A program made the position numbers and the translations under genes. The notes under the pieces were generated by a model, which did not search any database, was not told the DNA's origin, and saw nothing but the letters and a program-made list of their open reading frames with translations. This document shows, one piece after another, positions 20,480 to 29,132 of a DNA stretch of 64,000 nt. Positions within the stretch are counted from its first letter, which is position 1; every line of letters begins with the position of its first letter. This DNA is from an uncultured Lachnospiraceae bacterium (GTDB lineage: Bacteria; Bacillota; Clostridia; Lachnospirales; Lachnospiraceae): NCBI GenBank assembly GCA_949840805.1, contig CATKXR010000018.1, forward strand, positions 4,096-68,095, in the 5' to 3' direction.

Positions 20480-22825
20480 ATGATTCGGCTGATTGATCAT
20501 GGAGTTTTCCTGACAAAACAGGGGGACATAATCGAAAACAAGGATATCCGGGAAAAAGACGAAGCCAGAAAAAAGACCATGGCCTATGGAATTCTGCAGG
20601 CTCACAACAAAAGCGGGGATATGGAAAATCTGAAGCTGAGCTTTGACGCCTTAGTGTCTCCAGACAATAATTATGTCAACATCCTACAGACAGCCCGGGC
20701 CAGCGGTATCCGGAAGTTTCCGGTTCCCTACGTCCTTTCCAACTGCCATCATACCCTGTGCGCCGTGGGGGGAACCATCAATGAGGATGACCATGTGTTC
20801 GGCCTGGGAAATGCCAAAAGGTACGGGGGGATTTTCGTACCTCCCTACCGGGCAGTGCTGCATCAATATATGAGGGAGATGATGGCCGGAGGAGGAAGGA
20901 TGATCTTAGGGTCGGACAGTCACACCCGCTACGGCGCCCTGGGGACCATGGGAATCGGAGAAGGCGGCGGGGAGGTGGCCAAGCAGCTTTTGGGCCGGAC
21001 CTATGATGTAAAAATGCCGCCGGTCCTGGCAGTCAGGCTGACGGGAAGCCCCAGGCCGGGGGTGGGCCCCCAGGATGTGGCCCTGGCTCTGGTGGCAGCC
21101 ACCTTCAAAAACAATTTTAACAAGAATAAGATCCTGGAATTTGTGGGACCCGGCATTGAAAATCTTTCCATGGAATACCGCATGGGCATCGATGTGATGA
21201 CCACCGAGAGCGCCGCCCTGTCAAGCATCTGGTGTACGGATGAATCCACCAGGGAATACTTAAGGAAACATGGCAGAGAGGACGCCTACCGGCATCTGAC
21301 GCCGGAGGACGGCGCTTACTATGACGGCCTGATTGATATCGACCTGTCCCGGGTGGAGTGCATGATTGCCCTTCCCTTCCATCCCAGCAATGCCCTGCCC
21401 ATCCGGGAATTTAAAGAGAGGATGGAGGAGCTTGTACAGGAGGCGGAGACAGAGGGGCAGAAGATCAAAGGATCCGGAGGAAAACCATTTTCCCTCATGT
21501 CCCATATAAGGGACGGGGAATTCTATGTGGACCAGGCCCTGGTCAGCGGTTGTTCGGGAGGCCTTTTTGAAAATATCGTGGCTATGGCAGATATCCTCAA
21601 AGGGTATGGAATTCCCGGAAACGGCCTGAATCTGGGGGTCAATCCTGCGAGCCTGCCGGTGATGGCGGATTTGATGGAACAGGGGATCGCCGGGGAACTG
21701 GCGGTCTGCGGTGTGACCCTGCGCCCGGCCATCTGCGGTCCCTGCTTCGGCGTGACGGATGTGCCGGCTGACAACCAGGTGAGCATCCGCCACATGACCC
21801 GGAATTATCCTAACCGGGAGGGTTCAAAGCCAGGGCAGGGCCAGATGGCGGCGGCCTGCCTGATGGATGCCCGCTCTATTGCTGCCACGGTGCGAAACGG
21901 AGGAAAGCTGACGGCAGCCACAGAGCTTTCTGTGAAATACCGAAGCCTGGCCTACCATTTTAATCCCCAGATATACAAAAATCAGGTATTTGACAATTTC
22001 GGCAGGGGAGATGACCGGGAGGAGCTGGTCATGGGGCCCAATATTGCCGACTGGCCAAAGATGGCTCCCTTAAAGAAGCATCTGCTCCTGAAGGTGGCTG
22101 GTTCCTATGAAGGCTCTGTGACCACGGATGAGCTGATTCCCTCGGGAGAGGCATCCTCCTTCCGCTCCAACCCGGAGAAGATCTCCGAGTATACTATGAT
22201 CAGCCGGGACAAGGACTACGTGGGCCGGGCCAAGGCTGTGCGGGAGTTGGAGCGGCAGCGGCAGGCGTGGGAGAGGCAAGGCCATGATTTTTGCGGGGAT
22301 GGAAAGTCAGCCGCAGACAGTCCGGATGGGGCGTGTGATAATACGGTGAAGAACATACTTGCAGCTCTGTGCAGACAGGAACAGTGTGGCGTGGAAGATA
22401 TTCTTATCGGCAGCGCCATGGTAAGCCATAAGATCGGTGACGGCTCCTCCAGAGAGCAGGCAGCCAGCTGCCAGAAGGTGCTGGGCGGTTTTGCCAATAT
22501 TGCCAACGAATACGCCACCAAGCGATATCGCTCCAACCTGATCAACTGGGGAATTCTGCCTCTGCGGACAGAAGAAGAGCTGAATGTGCCGGCGGATACG
22601 TGGATTTTTATAAAAAATATCCGCCAGGTAATAGAAGGGAAGATAGAAGAGGTGGAACTTCGGATGTTGAGACTGCCAGAAAAAGGGGGCGTGGAGACAG
22701 CCGGAACAATTAAGTGTACATTGGATGTTTTGACAGACGATGAGCGGAAGATTTTGCTGGCCGGAAGCTTGATTAACTACTATAAGGCTGCAGAGCAGAA
22801 AAAACAGAATGAAGGGGACTTGTAA
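20480..22825 (+). CDS. YbhJ-like aconitase-family hydratase
   Basis: AVGGTINEDDH, GSDSHTRYGALG, GCSGG, CGPCFG, RNYPNREGSKP, TTDELIPSGE, GDGSSREQAASCQ, RYRSNLINWG. Confidence 0.88.
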   Translation: MIRLIDHGVFLTKQGDIIENKDIREKDEARKKTMAYGILQAHNKSGDMENLKLSFDALVSPDNNYVNILQTARASGIRKFPVPYVLSNCHHTLCAVGGTINEDDHVFGLGNAKRYGGIFVPPYRAVLHQYMREMMAGGGRMILGSDSHTRYGALGTMGIGEGGGEVAKQLLGRTYDVKMPPVLAVRLTGSPRPGVGPQDVALALVAATFKNNFNKNKILEFVGPGIENLSMEYRMGIDVMTTESAALSSIWCTDESTREYLRKHGREDAYRHLTPEDGAYYDGLIDIDLSRVECMIALPFHPSNALPIREFKERMEELVQEAETEGQKIKGSGGKPFSLMSHIRDGEFYVDQALVSGCSGGLFENIVAMADILKGYGIPGNGLNLGVNPASLPVMADLMEQGIAGELAVCGVTLRPAICGPCFGVTDVPADNQVSIRHMTRNYPNREGSKPGQGQMAAACLMDARSIAATVRNGGKLTAATELSVKYRSLAYHFNPQIYKNQVFDNFGRGDDREELVMGPNIADWPKMAPLKKHLLLKVAGSYEGSVTTDELIPSGEASSFRSNPEKISEYTMISRDKDYVGRAKAVRELERQRQAWERQGHDFCGDGKSAADSPDGACDNTVKNILAALCRQEQCGVEDILIGSAMVSHKIGDGSSREQAASCQKVLGGFANIANEYATKRYRSNLINWGILPLRTEEELNVPADTWIFIKNIRQVIEGKIEEVELRMLRLPEKGGVETAGTIKCTLDVLTDDERKILLAGSLINYYKAAEQKKQNEGDL

Positions 22826-22985
22826 TATAGTCCCTTTTTTCTTATACTAACAGAATAAAAGAAAATAGCTGGGACGGATAAGGCGCCGGCAGGCCGTACA
22901 GATAGGACATGGCGGGAAAACAGCAATGAGCGCTTATGATAATCACAGGTGTAATGAGTGTGATGCAAATGAGGGAGGAAGAAAG

Positions 22986-23909
22986 ATGGAACTGAACGGG
23001 CTTTTGAACCTTCAGGCAATGATGTTTTTGCTGATCGGGGCAGGGGTATTTCTAAAGAAAAGGAATATCATCACTCCGGAGGGAAGGGGCGTTTTGACTG
23101 ATTTGATTGTGGATCTGATTCTTCCCTGCAATATCATCGCGGCATTTTACACATCCTTTGACAGGGAAATGCTGGTTGCCGGCCTGCAGATCCTGATCGT
23201 CTCGGTGGTTTTGCAGTTGTTTTGTATGTTGATCGGCGGGCTGTGTTATCAGAGGGTACCCAGGAGCCAACGGATGATTCTGCAGTACGGAACGGTCTGC
23301 TCTAATGCCGGGTTTCTGGGAAATCCGGTGGCGGAAGGGCTGTACGGCTCCCTGGGGCTTTTGTACGCCTCCATCTATCTGATTCCCCAGAGGATCGTCA
23401 TGTGGTCGGCGGGGATTTCCTACTTCACCGAAAGCCCGGATAAAAGGGAAGTGGCCAAAAAGGTTTTGAAGCATCCCTGTATCGTTGCTGTTGAGATCGG
23501 AATTGTCCTTATGGCGACACAGCTGCCTCTGCCTGTTTTTCTGGAAAAGGCCATCCGCAGCCTGGGAAGCTGTACCACTGCCATTACCATGCTGTTTATC
23601 GGTACGGTGCTGGCAGATGCGGGATTTCATCAGATGGTCACAAAAACTACTGTGATCTATTCCTTTATCCGTTTGGTTTTCATCCCGGCAGCGGTGCTGG
23701 CCGGTTGTGTTCTGTTCCATGTAGATTCCGTGGTAATGGGAATCTCCGTGGTTCTGGCAGCTATGCCGGCAGGCAGTACAACAGCGATTCTGGCGTCAAA
23801 ATATCACGGAGATGAGAAATTTGCTACCCAGTGCGTCGTGCTGACCACCTTGCTGTCCGTGGGGGTGCTGCCGCTGTGGTGTATGGTGCTGAACGGGTTC
23901 TCTTCATAA
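22986..23909 (+). CDS. AEC (auxin efflux carrier / malate permease) family transporter
   Basis: SNAGFLGNP and AMPAG motifs; hydrophobic throughout. Confidence 0.88.
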   Translation: MELNGLLNLQAMMFLLIGAGVFLKKRNIITPEGRGVLTDLIVDLILPCNIIAAFYTSFDREMLVAGLQILIVSVVLQLFCMLIGGLCYQRVPRSQRMILQYGTVCSNAGFLGNPVAEGLYGSLGLLYASIYLIPQRIVMWSAGISYFTESPDKREVAKKVLKHPCIVAVEIGIVLMATQLPLPVFLEKAIRSLGSCTTAITMLFIGTVLADAGFHQMVTKTTVIYSFIRLVFIPAAVLAGCVLFHVDSVVMGISVVLAAMPAGSTTAILASKYHGDEKFATQCVVLTTLLSVGVLPLWCMVLNGFSS

Positions 23910-24001
23910 TGCTTTGGAAGACAGCCGGACAAAAGAGATAATGGTTCAAAGGATGCCTGCTGCCAGGAAGGGAACAGACATCCGATTGGAGGAAAATAAA
24001 A

Positions 24002-24916
24002 ATGGATTTTCGGGAACTGACCTATGTCACAATGGTGGCAGAATGTAAAAGCGTGACGGCCGCGGCAAAAAAGCTGTATATATCCCAGCCGTCCTTAAGC
24101 CAGATTTTGTCCAAGGTGGAGCAGGACGTAGGGGTAAAGCTGTTTGACCGCAATGCCAGCCCCATTACCCTGACCTATGCCGGGGAAAAGTATGTGGAGA
24201 CGGCACGGAAGATTTTAAGTCTCAACAAGAATCTGCGCCGGGAGCTGATGGATATTTGTCAGGGAGTAAAGGGGAAAATACGGCTGGGAGCTCCCACGGA
24301 GCGGGTCGGTTATATGCTTCCTTCTGTGCTGAAACGTTTTCGGGAGCAGTATCCTTTGGTTGAGGTGATTATTTTTGAAGCCCATACAGATGAATTGATT
24401 GAGCTGATGGAAAAGGGAAAGCTGGATCTGTTTATTTCGGCCAGAAGGACAGAGGAACTTCCTCTGGGGATGAAGACCGAGCTGATTTACAGGGAACCTC
24501 TGTTTCTTTTGGCAGCCCCGGGCGCCATTACCAGAGAGCTTTATCTGGAAGGGGATGAGGGGACGGTGGATTTGACAAAGTTGAGAAAAATGCCGGTGAT
24601 TCTGCTGAAGAAAGGCCAGGAAATCCGTAAGAGAGCCGATGCTATTCTGAAAAAACATAAAATCGTGCCGGCTCAGGTGATAGAAATATCCAGTTGTATC
24701 TCGGCAGTGCAGCTGGCGGACGGAGGGGTGGGATATACCTTTGTACCTCAGAGGGCGGTGGATGTGCTGGGAGGGCGTGATAAATTCTGCTGCTATCGGT
24801 TTTCCCGGAAGGAAGAGAGATGGGAGGTCCATGTGGCCTGGAGGGAGGATGCCTATCTGGACCGGTCGGAACGGTGCCTGATTGATCTGATGAAGGAAGT
24901 ATTCCGGGACAAATAA
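24002..24916 (+). CDS. LysR family transcriptional regulator
   Basis: SVTAAAKKLYISQPSLSQ..K.E..G..LFDR...LTYAG HTH signature. Confidence 0.93.
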   Translation: MDFRELTYVTMVAECKSVTAAAKKLYISQPSLSQILSKVEQDVGVKLFDRNASPITLTYAGEKYVETARKILSLNKNLRRELMDICQGVKGKIRLGAPTERVGYMLPSVLKRFREQYPLVEVIIFEAHTDELIELMEKGKLDLFISARRTEELPLGMKTELIYREPLFLLAAPGAITRELYLEGDEGTVDLTKLRKMPVILLKKGQEIRKRADAILKKHKIVPAQVIEISSCISAVQLADGGVGYTFVPQRAVDVLGGRDKFCCYRFSRKEERWEVHVAWREDAYLDRSERCLIDLMKEVFRDK

Positions 24917-24990
24917 ACAGAACCGGCCTGTGACAAAACTGCGGCAGAACCGGTAACGTTCCTAGCAAAAGAAATCCTTTTGCATCTTTC

Positions 24991-25485
24991 ATGCGTTATA
25001 AACAGACAAAAGCATTCTGCCATGATATAAAAAATCATCTGTCCGTATTAAACGGCCTGCTGAACAACGGAAAAACAGAGGAGGGTAAAGCGTACTTAAA
25101 AAAGCTGGGCCAGGCACGGGCAAGAGGGATTATGGCGGAGGTTTCGGTGGTTTTGCCAAAAGCCTGGGTGATGGATGATTTTGATCTTTGTGTTATTTTT
25201 GCCAATGCGCTGGACAATGCGGTCAATGCCTGCCAGGAAGGGAAAGGGACAAAGTCCATTCATGTTTTTGGGGAGCAGCAAGGTGATTTTTATATGCTGG
25301 GGTTTGAGAATACCTGTTCTGACGACCCGCTTCCGGCAGCCGGGACCGGCCTTTTCAACATCCGGACCGTGGCCGAAAAATATCATGGCGCAATGATAGC
25401 CGAAAAAACAGGGCAGTTTTTTTCTTTGCATGTTTTGCTTAACATTTCGTTACATCCGGAGAGCATTTCAATCCAAAAGCCTTGA
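24991..25485 (+). pseudogene. Truncated sensor histidine kinase remnant (AgrC/GHKL-type)
   Basis: HDIKNHL H-box, NALDNA N-box and GTGL G-box present; no sensor or TM region; short region between the H-box helix and the catalytic domain. Confidence 0.65.
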
Positions 25486-25554
25486 AAGCAGGCTGCAGAA
25501 TCAGTAAACTAAAGGAAATGAACAGCAAATCTGCTTTTTAAGGAGGAAAATGTT

Positions 25555-26025
25555 ATGATTATGATGCCTGTTTTTGACCCTGACAGACCTGTCCGGCCTT
25601 TGCAGGCGGCCGGAAAAGGAAATGACCCGCAAAAGGCGCAGGAGCCTGAAGAAAAAGAACCTGGAAGGCCTCAGAAACCTGACCTTGACCGATACATTCC
25701 GGAAGACAGAAAAGATGCAGATAATAAGGCCGCCGGGAATAGAGCTGCTGCCGGTAAAGATCCTGATAAGAAGGAGGGCGATGAGAAGGCTGACGGCAAT
25801 AAAGCTTCTGGCCCTAAAACAGAAAAATGCACCGCTAATACGGATAAGGTGGACAGGGAAATCAGAAAGCTGAAGAAGGAAAAGGAGGAGCTGGAACAAA
25901 AGATCAATATGGAAACGGACGAGAAGAAAGTCGAGAGTTTGGAAAAAAGGCTGGAGCAGGTGGAGCGTGAGCTGCGCCAAAAGGATAATGACGGATACAG
26001 GCGCAGGAATACGGTATTTTCGTGA
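25555..26025 (+). CDS. Hypothetical charged coiled-coil protein
   Basis: RBS AAGGAGG, downstream terminator, C-terminal heptad-like K/E region. Confidence 0.75.
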   Translation: MIMMPVFDPDRPVRPLQAAGKGNDPQKAQEPEEKEPGRPQKPDLDRYIPEDRKDADNKAAGNRAAAGKDPDKKEGDEKADGNKASGPKTEKCTANTDKVDREIRKLKKEKEELEQKINMETDEKKVESLEKRLEQVERELRQKDNDGYRRRNTVFS

Positions 26026-26053
26026 ATGCAAATCAATGCCAGGAATAGTTTTT

Positions 26054-26087
26054 AAGCATCGGGCGAATGCCCGATGCTTCTTTTTTT
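26054..26087 (+). terminator. Intrinsic terminator
   Basis: AAGCATCGGGC-GAAT-GCCCGATGCTT followed by a T run. Confidence 0.88.
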
Positions 26088-26209
26088 CAGTGAAAATCTT
26101 CCAAATGTGTCGATTGTATCATTTTTTAATTTGGAAAAAGCCGGAATGCAATTGTTTTTCCTGAAAATTTAATATATAATTTATGTAATACAAAAAGTGG
26201 TGAAGACAT

Positions 26210-26431
26210 ATGAAGAATATCGGAAGACCCAGAGGCACGGATAATAAAGATATAACATATTCGGTGCGAATAGATCAAAAAACCGCCGAACGTTTAAATG
26301 CATATTGTGAGAGAGCACATATATTAAAATCGGAGGCATTTCGTGAAGCGTTAGATCTGTTGCTTGCAGAAAACTGTGAGAGGAAAAAATTTACCGGAAA
26401 AGTCATTTGTAAGGAGTGTACAAAGAGATGA
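26210..26431 (+). CDS. Ribbon-helix-helix (CopG-like) DNA-binding protein
   Basis: GRP motif, YSVRID beta strand, L..YC......KSEAFREAL helices. Confidence 0.7.
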   Translation: MKNIGRPRGTDNKDITYSVRIDQKTAERLNAYCERAHILKSEAFREALDLLLAENCERKKFTGKVICKECTKR

Positions 26432-28887
26432 AGGATATTTACAAAGTGAAAACCTCCCCGCGGGCATTGGAGGACAATCAGATTACAGGGGAGCATTACC
26501 GGATCACCATGCTGACCCAGGGGCTGGTGCGTCTGGAATACAGCCAGGACGGGATTTTTGAGGACAGGGCGACGCAGGTGGTATGGCACCGGGATTTTCC
26601 CGGAACGGATTTCAGGGTGACACGCACGGAGGACGGAATCCAGATTCACACGTCCCGGATTCATGTAAGCTATGATGAAAGGAAATTTTCTTCTCAGGGC
26701 CTCAGCATCCAGGTCAGGGGAAATATAAGCGCCTATCACAGCATCTGGCGTTTTGGGGAGGAGGTTCACGATTTAAAGGGTACTGCCCGGACGCTGGATG
26801 AGGCCAATGGGGCCATTGACTTGGAGCACGGGATTTTGTCCCGGTTCGGATATGCCCTGCTGGATGACGGCAGGTCTCAGGTGCTTTTGGAGGACGGGTG
26901 GCTGGAGCCTCGCAGAAAGGGAATCCAGGATCTTTATTTCTTTGGCTACGGCCATGATTATAAGGAGGCTCTGAAGGATTTTTACCGTCTGTGCGGCAAG
27001 ACGCCCATGGTTCCCCGCTATGCTTTGGGGAACTGGTGGAGCCGGTATTATGCCTATTCGGAGAAGTCTTACCTGGAGCTTATGGAGCGGTTTGACAAGG
27101 AGCAGGTTCCCTTTACGGTAGCGGTTATTGACATGGACTGGCATCTGGTGGATATTGATCCCCGGTATGGCAGCGGCTGGACCGGGTACACCTGGAACCG
27201 GGAACTTTTTCCGGATCCGGAGCGTTTCTTAAAAAGGCTTCATGACCGGGGAATGCGGATTACCTTAAACGTCCACCCGGCTGACGGGGTCAGGGCCCAT
27301 GAGGAGATGTATGAGGCTATGGCAAGGGCCATGGGTGTGGATTATGCCAGGGAAGACCCGGTAAACTGTGATCCGGCCAGCCCGGAATATATGGAACATT
27401 ATTTTACCTGCCTTCATCATCCCCGGGAGAAGGAAGGGGTGGACTTCTGGTGGATTGACTGGCAGCAGGGAAGCAGCTGCAAGGTGGAAGGGCTGGATCC
27501 TCTGTGGATCCTGAACCATTTCCATTTTCTTGACAGCGGGCGGGAGGGAAAGCGTCCCATCACGTTTTCCCGGTACGGAGGGCCGGGAAGCCATCGGTAT
27601 CCGGTAGGGTTTTCCGGGGATACCATCATTACCTGGGAGTCTCTGGATTTCCAGCCGTATTTTACGGCCAATGCCTCCAACATCGGGTATGGCTGGTGGA
27701 GCCATGATATCGGCGGCCATATGCAGGGCTATAAAGAGGATGAGCTGACGGCAAGGTGGACGCAGTTTGGCATCTACTCTCCGGTGATGCGTCTTCACAG
27801 TACCAAGAGTGAGTTTAACGGCAAGGAGCCGTGGCGGTTTAAGGGGGAGACCAGGGAGGTCATGGGGGAAGCCCTGCGGGAGCGGCACCGGATGATTCCT
27901 TATCTCTACTCCATGAATTACCGGAATTATCAGGAAGATTTGCCGGTGATCTGCCCCATGTATTATGAGTATCCGGAGGAGCAGGGAGCCTATGAGGCGG
28001 CCAATCAGTATTATTTTGGCAGCGAGCTGACGGTTGCGCCGGTTACATCCCCCAGGATTTCCAGGCTGAATGTGGCTCCGGCTGCGGTATGGCTGCCGGA
28101 GGGACTCTGGTATGATATTTACACGGGAATGATCTATGAGGGCGGGCGGAACCTGGTGATGTACCGTACTCTAAAGAGCATTCCGGTGCTTGCTAAGGCA
28201 GGCGGGATCCTGCCGTTTACGAGAGAAATTTCTGCCCTTCAGGCGGTGAAAAATCCGGATTCGCTGTGGATCCGGGTTTACGGGGGAGCAGACGGAAGCT
28301 TTGTCCTCTATGAGGACGACAATGAGACCTGTGGATATGAGAAGGGGATCGGTGTGAAAACCAGGATGACCTACCAGGAAGGAGAGCAGGCGGTGTTTAC
28401 AGTGGAGCCGGCTGAGGGCGACTGCTCTTTGATTCCGGCAAAAAGGGATTATCTGGTGGAATTGACCGGATTTGGCAGGATGAAGGACATCCAGGAGCCG
28501 GAAGAAGACAGCCAGGGTCAGAGAAAGCCCGGCCAGGTTCAGGTAAAGGCGGGCGGGCGCCTTTTGCCAAAGGAACAGGTGGCCGTGGGATATGAGGAAA
28601 AGAAGCAGGCGGTGACTGTGTGTTTGAAGGAGGTAAGTACGGCGGAACGGCTGGAGATCTCCCTGGATAAGGAGATGCGTGTGAAGGGGAATCTGGTAAG
28701 GGAGCGGATCTTTGACTTTTTGAACCAGGCGGAGATTGAGTTTAGATGGAAGGATGAGCTTTATCGGCTGATTTGTTCGGGAAAGAGCGTGCCGGTATTG
28801 CTGGGCCAGATGAATGCCATGGGACCGGACAAAGATCTGTATGGAGTGTTTACGGAGTTTTTGACGGCCTGGCAGGTCGAGGGATGA
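26428..28887 (+). CDS. Glycoside hydrolase family 31 (alpha-glucosidase/xylosidase-like)
   Basis: IDMDWH, WWIDWQQG nucleophile region, GFSGDT acid/base, WSHDIGGH, RLH, LYEDD. Confidence 0.92.
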   Translation: MKDIYKVKTSPRALEDNQITGEHYRITMLTQGLVRLEYSQDGIFEDRATQVVWHRDFPGTDFRVTRTEDGIQIHTSRIHVSYDERKFSSQGLSIQVRGNISAYHSIWRFGEEVHDLKGTARTLDEANGAIDLEHGILSRFGYALLDDGRSQVLLEDGWLEPRRKGIQDLYFFGYGHDYKEALKDFYRLCGKTPMVPRYALGNWWSRYYAYSEKSYLELMERFDKEQVPFTVAVIDMDWHLVDIDPRYGSGWTGYTWNRELFPDPERFLKRLHDRGMRITLNVHPADGVRAHEEMYEAMARAMGVDYAREDPVNCDPASPEYMEHYFTCLHHPREKEGVDFWWIDWQQGSSCKVEGLDPLWILNHFHFLDSGREGKRPITFSRYGGPGSHRYPVGFSGDTIITWESLDFQPYFTANASNIGYGWWSHDIGGHMQGYKEDELTARWTQFGIYSPVMRLHSTKSEFNGKEPWRFKGETREVMGEALRERHRMIPYLYSMNYRNYQEDLPVICPMYYEYPEEQGAYEAANQYYFGSELTVAPVTSPRISRLNVAPAAVWLPEGLWYDIYTGMIYEGGRNLVMYRTLKSIPVLAKAGGILPFTREISALQAVKNPDSLWIRVYGGADGSFVLYEDDNETCGYEKGIGVKTRMTYQEGEQAVFTVEPAEGDCSLIPAKRDYLVELTGFGRMKDIQEPEEDSQGQRKPGQVQVKAGGRLLPKEQVAVGYEEKKQAVTVCLKEVSTAERLEISLDKEMRVKGNLVRERIFDFLNQAEIEFRWKDELYRLICSGKSVPVLLGQMNAMGPDKDLYGVFTEFLTAWQVEG

Positions 28888-29021
28888 GGTGGCACTCTCG
28901 GAGAAAAATTCTGTGCAATCTTATCAGGATATTTTTAAGGCTCCTCATTTGCCAAATGATCCGGTGTATTTATGGAAAGATGGAAACTGTGCTTGCAAAT
29001 CATTAGGCTCACAGGTATCAG

Positions 29022-29082
29022 ATATGTGCATAAATTTAATTAACCCGCATCTTATGTACGTCTGATAAATTTATGCACATAT
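29022..29082. repeat. Perfect 17-bp inverted repeat between the convergent GH31 and OYE genes
   Basis: ATATGTGCATAAATTTA (29022-29038) / TAAATTTATGCACATAT (29066-29082). Confidence 0.85.
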
Positions 29083-29132
29083 GAAAAAATATCTCAAAAC
29101 ACTCGAATATCAGCTATGAAATATCCAGCGCA

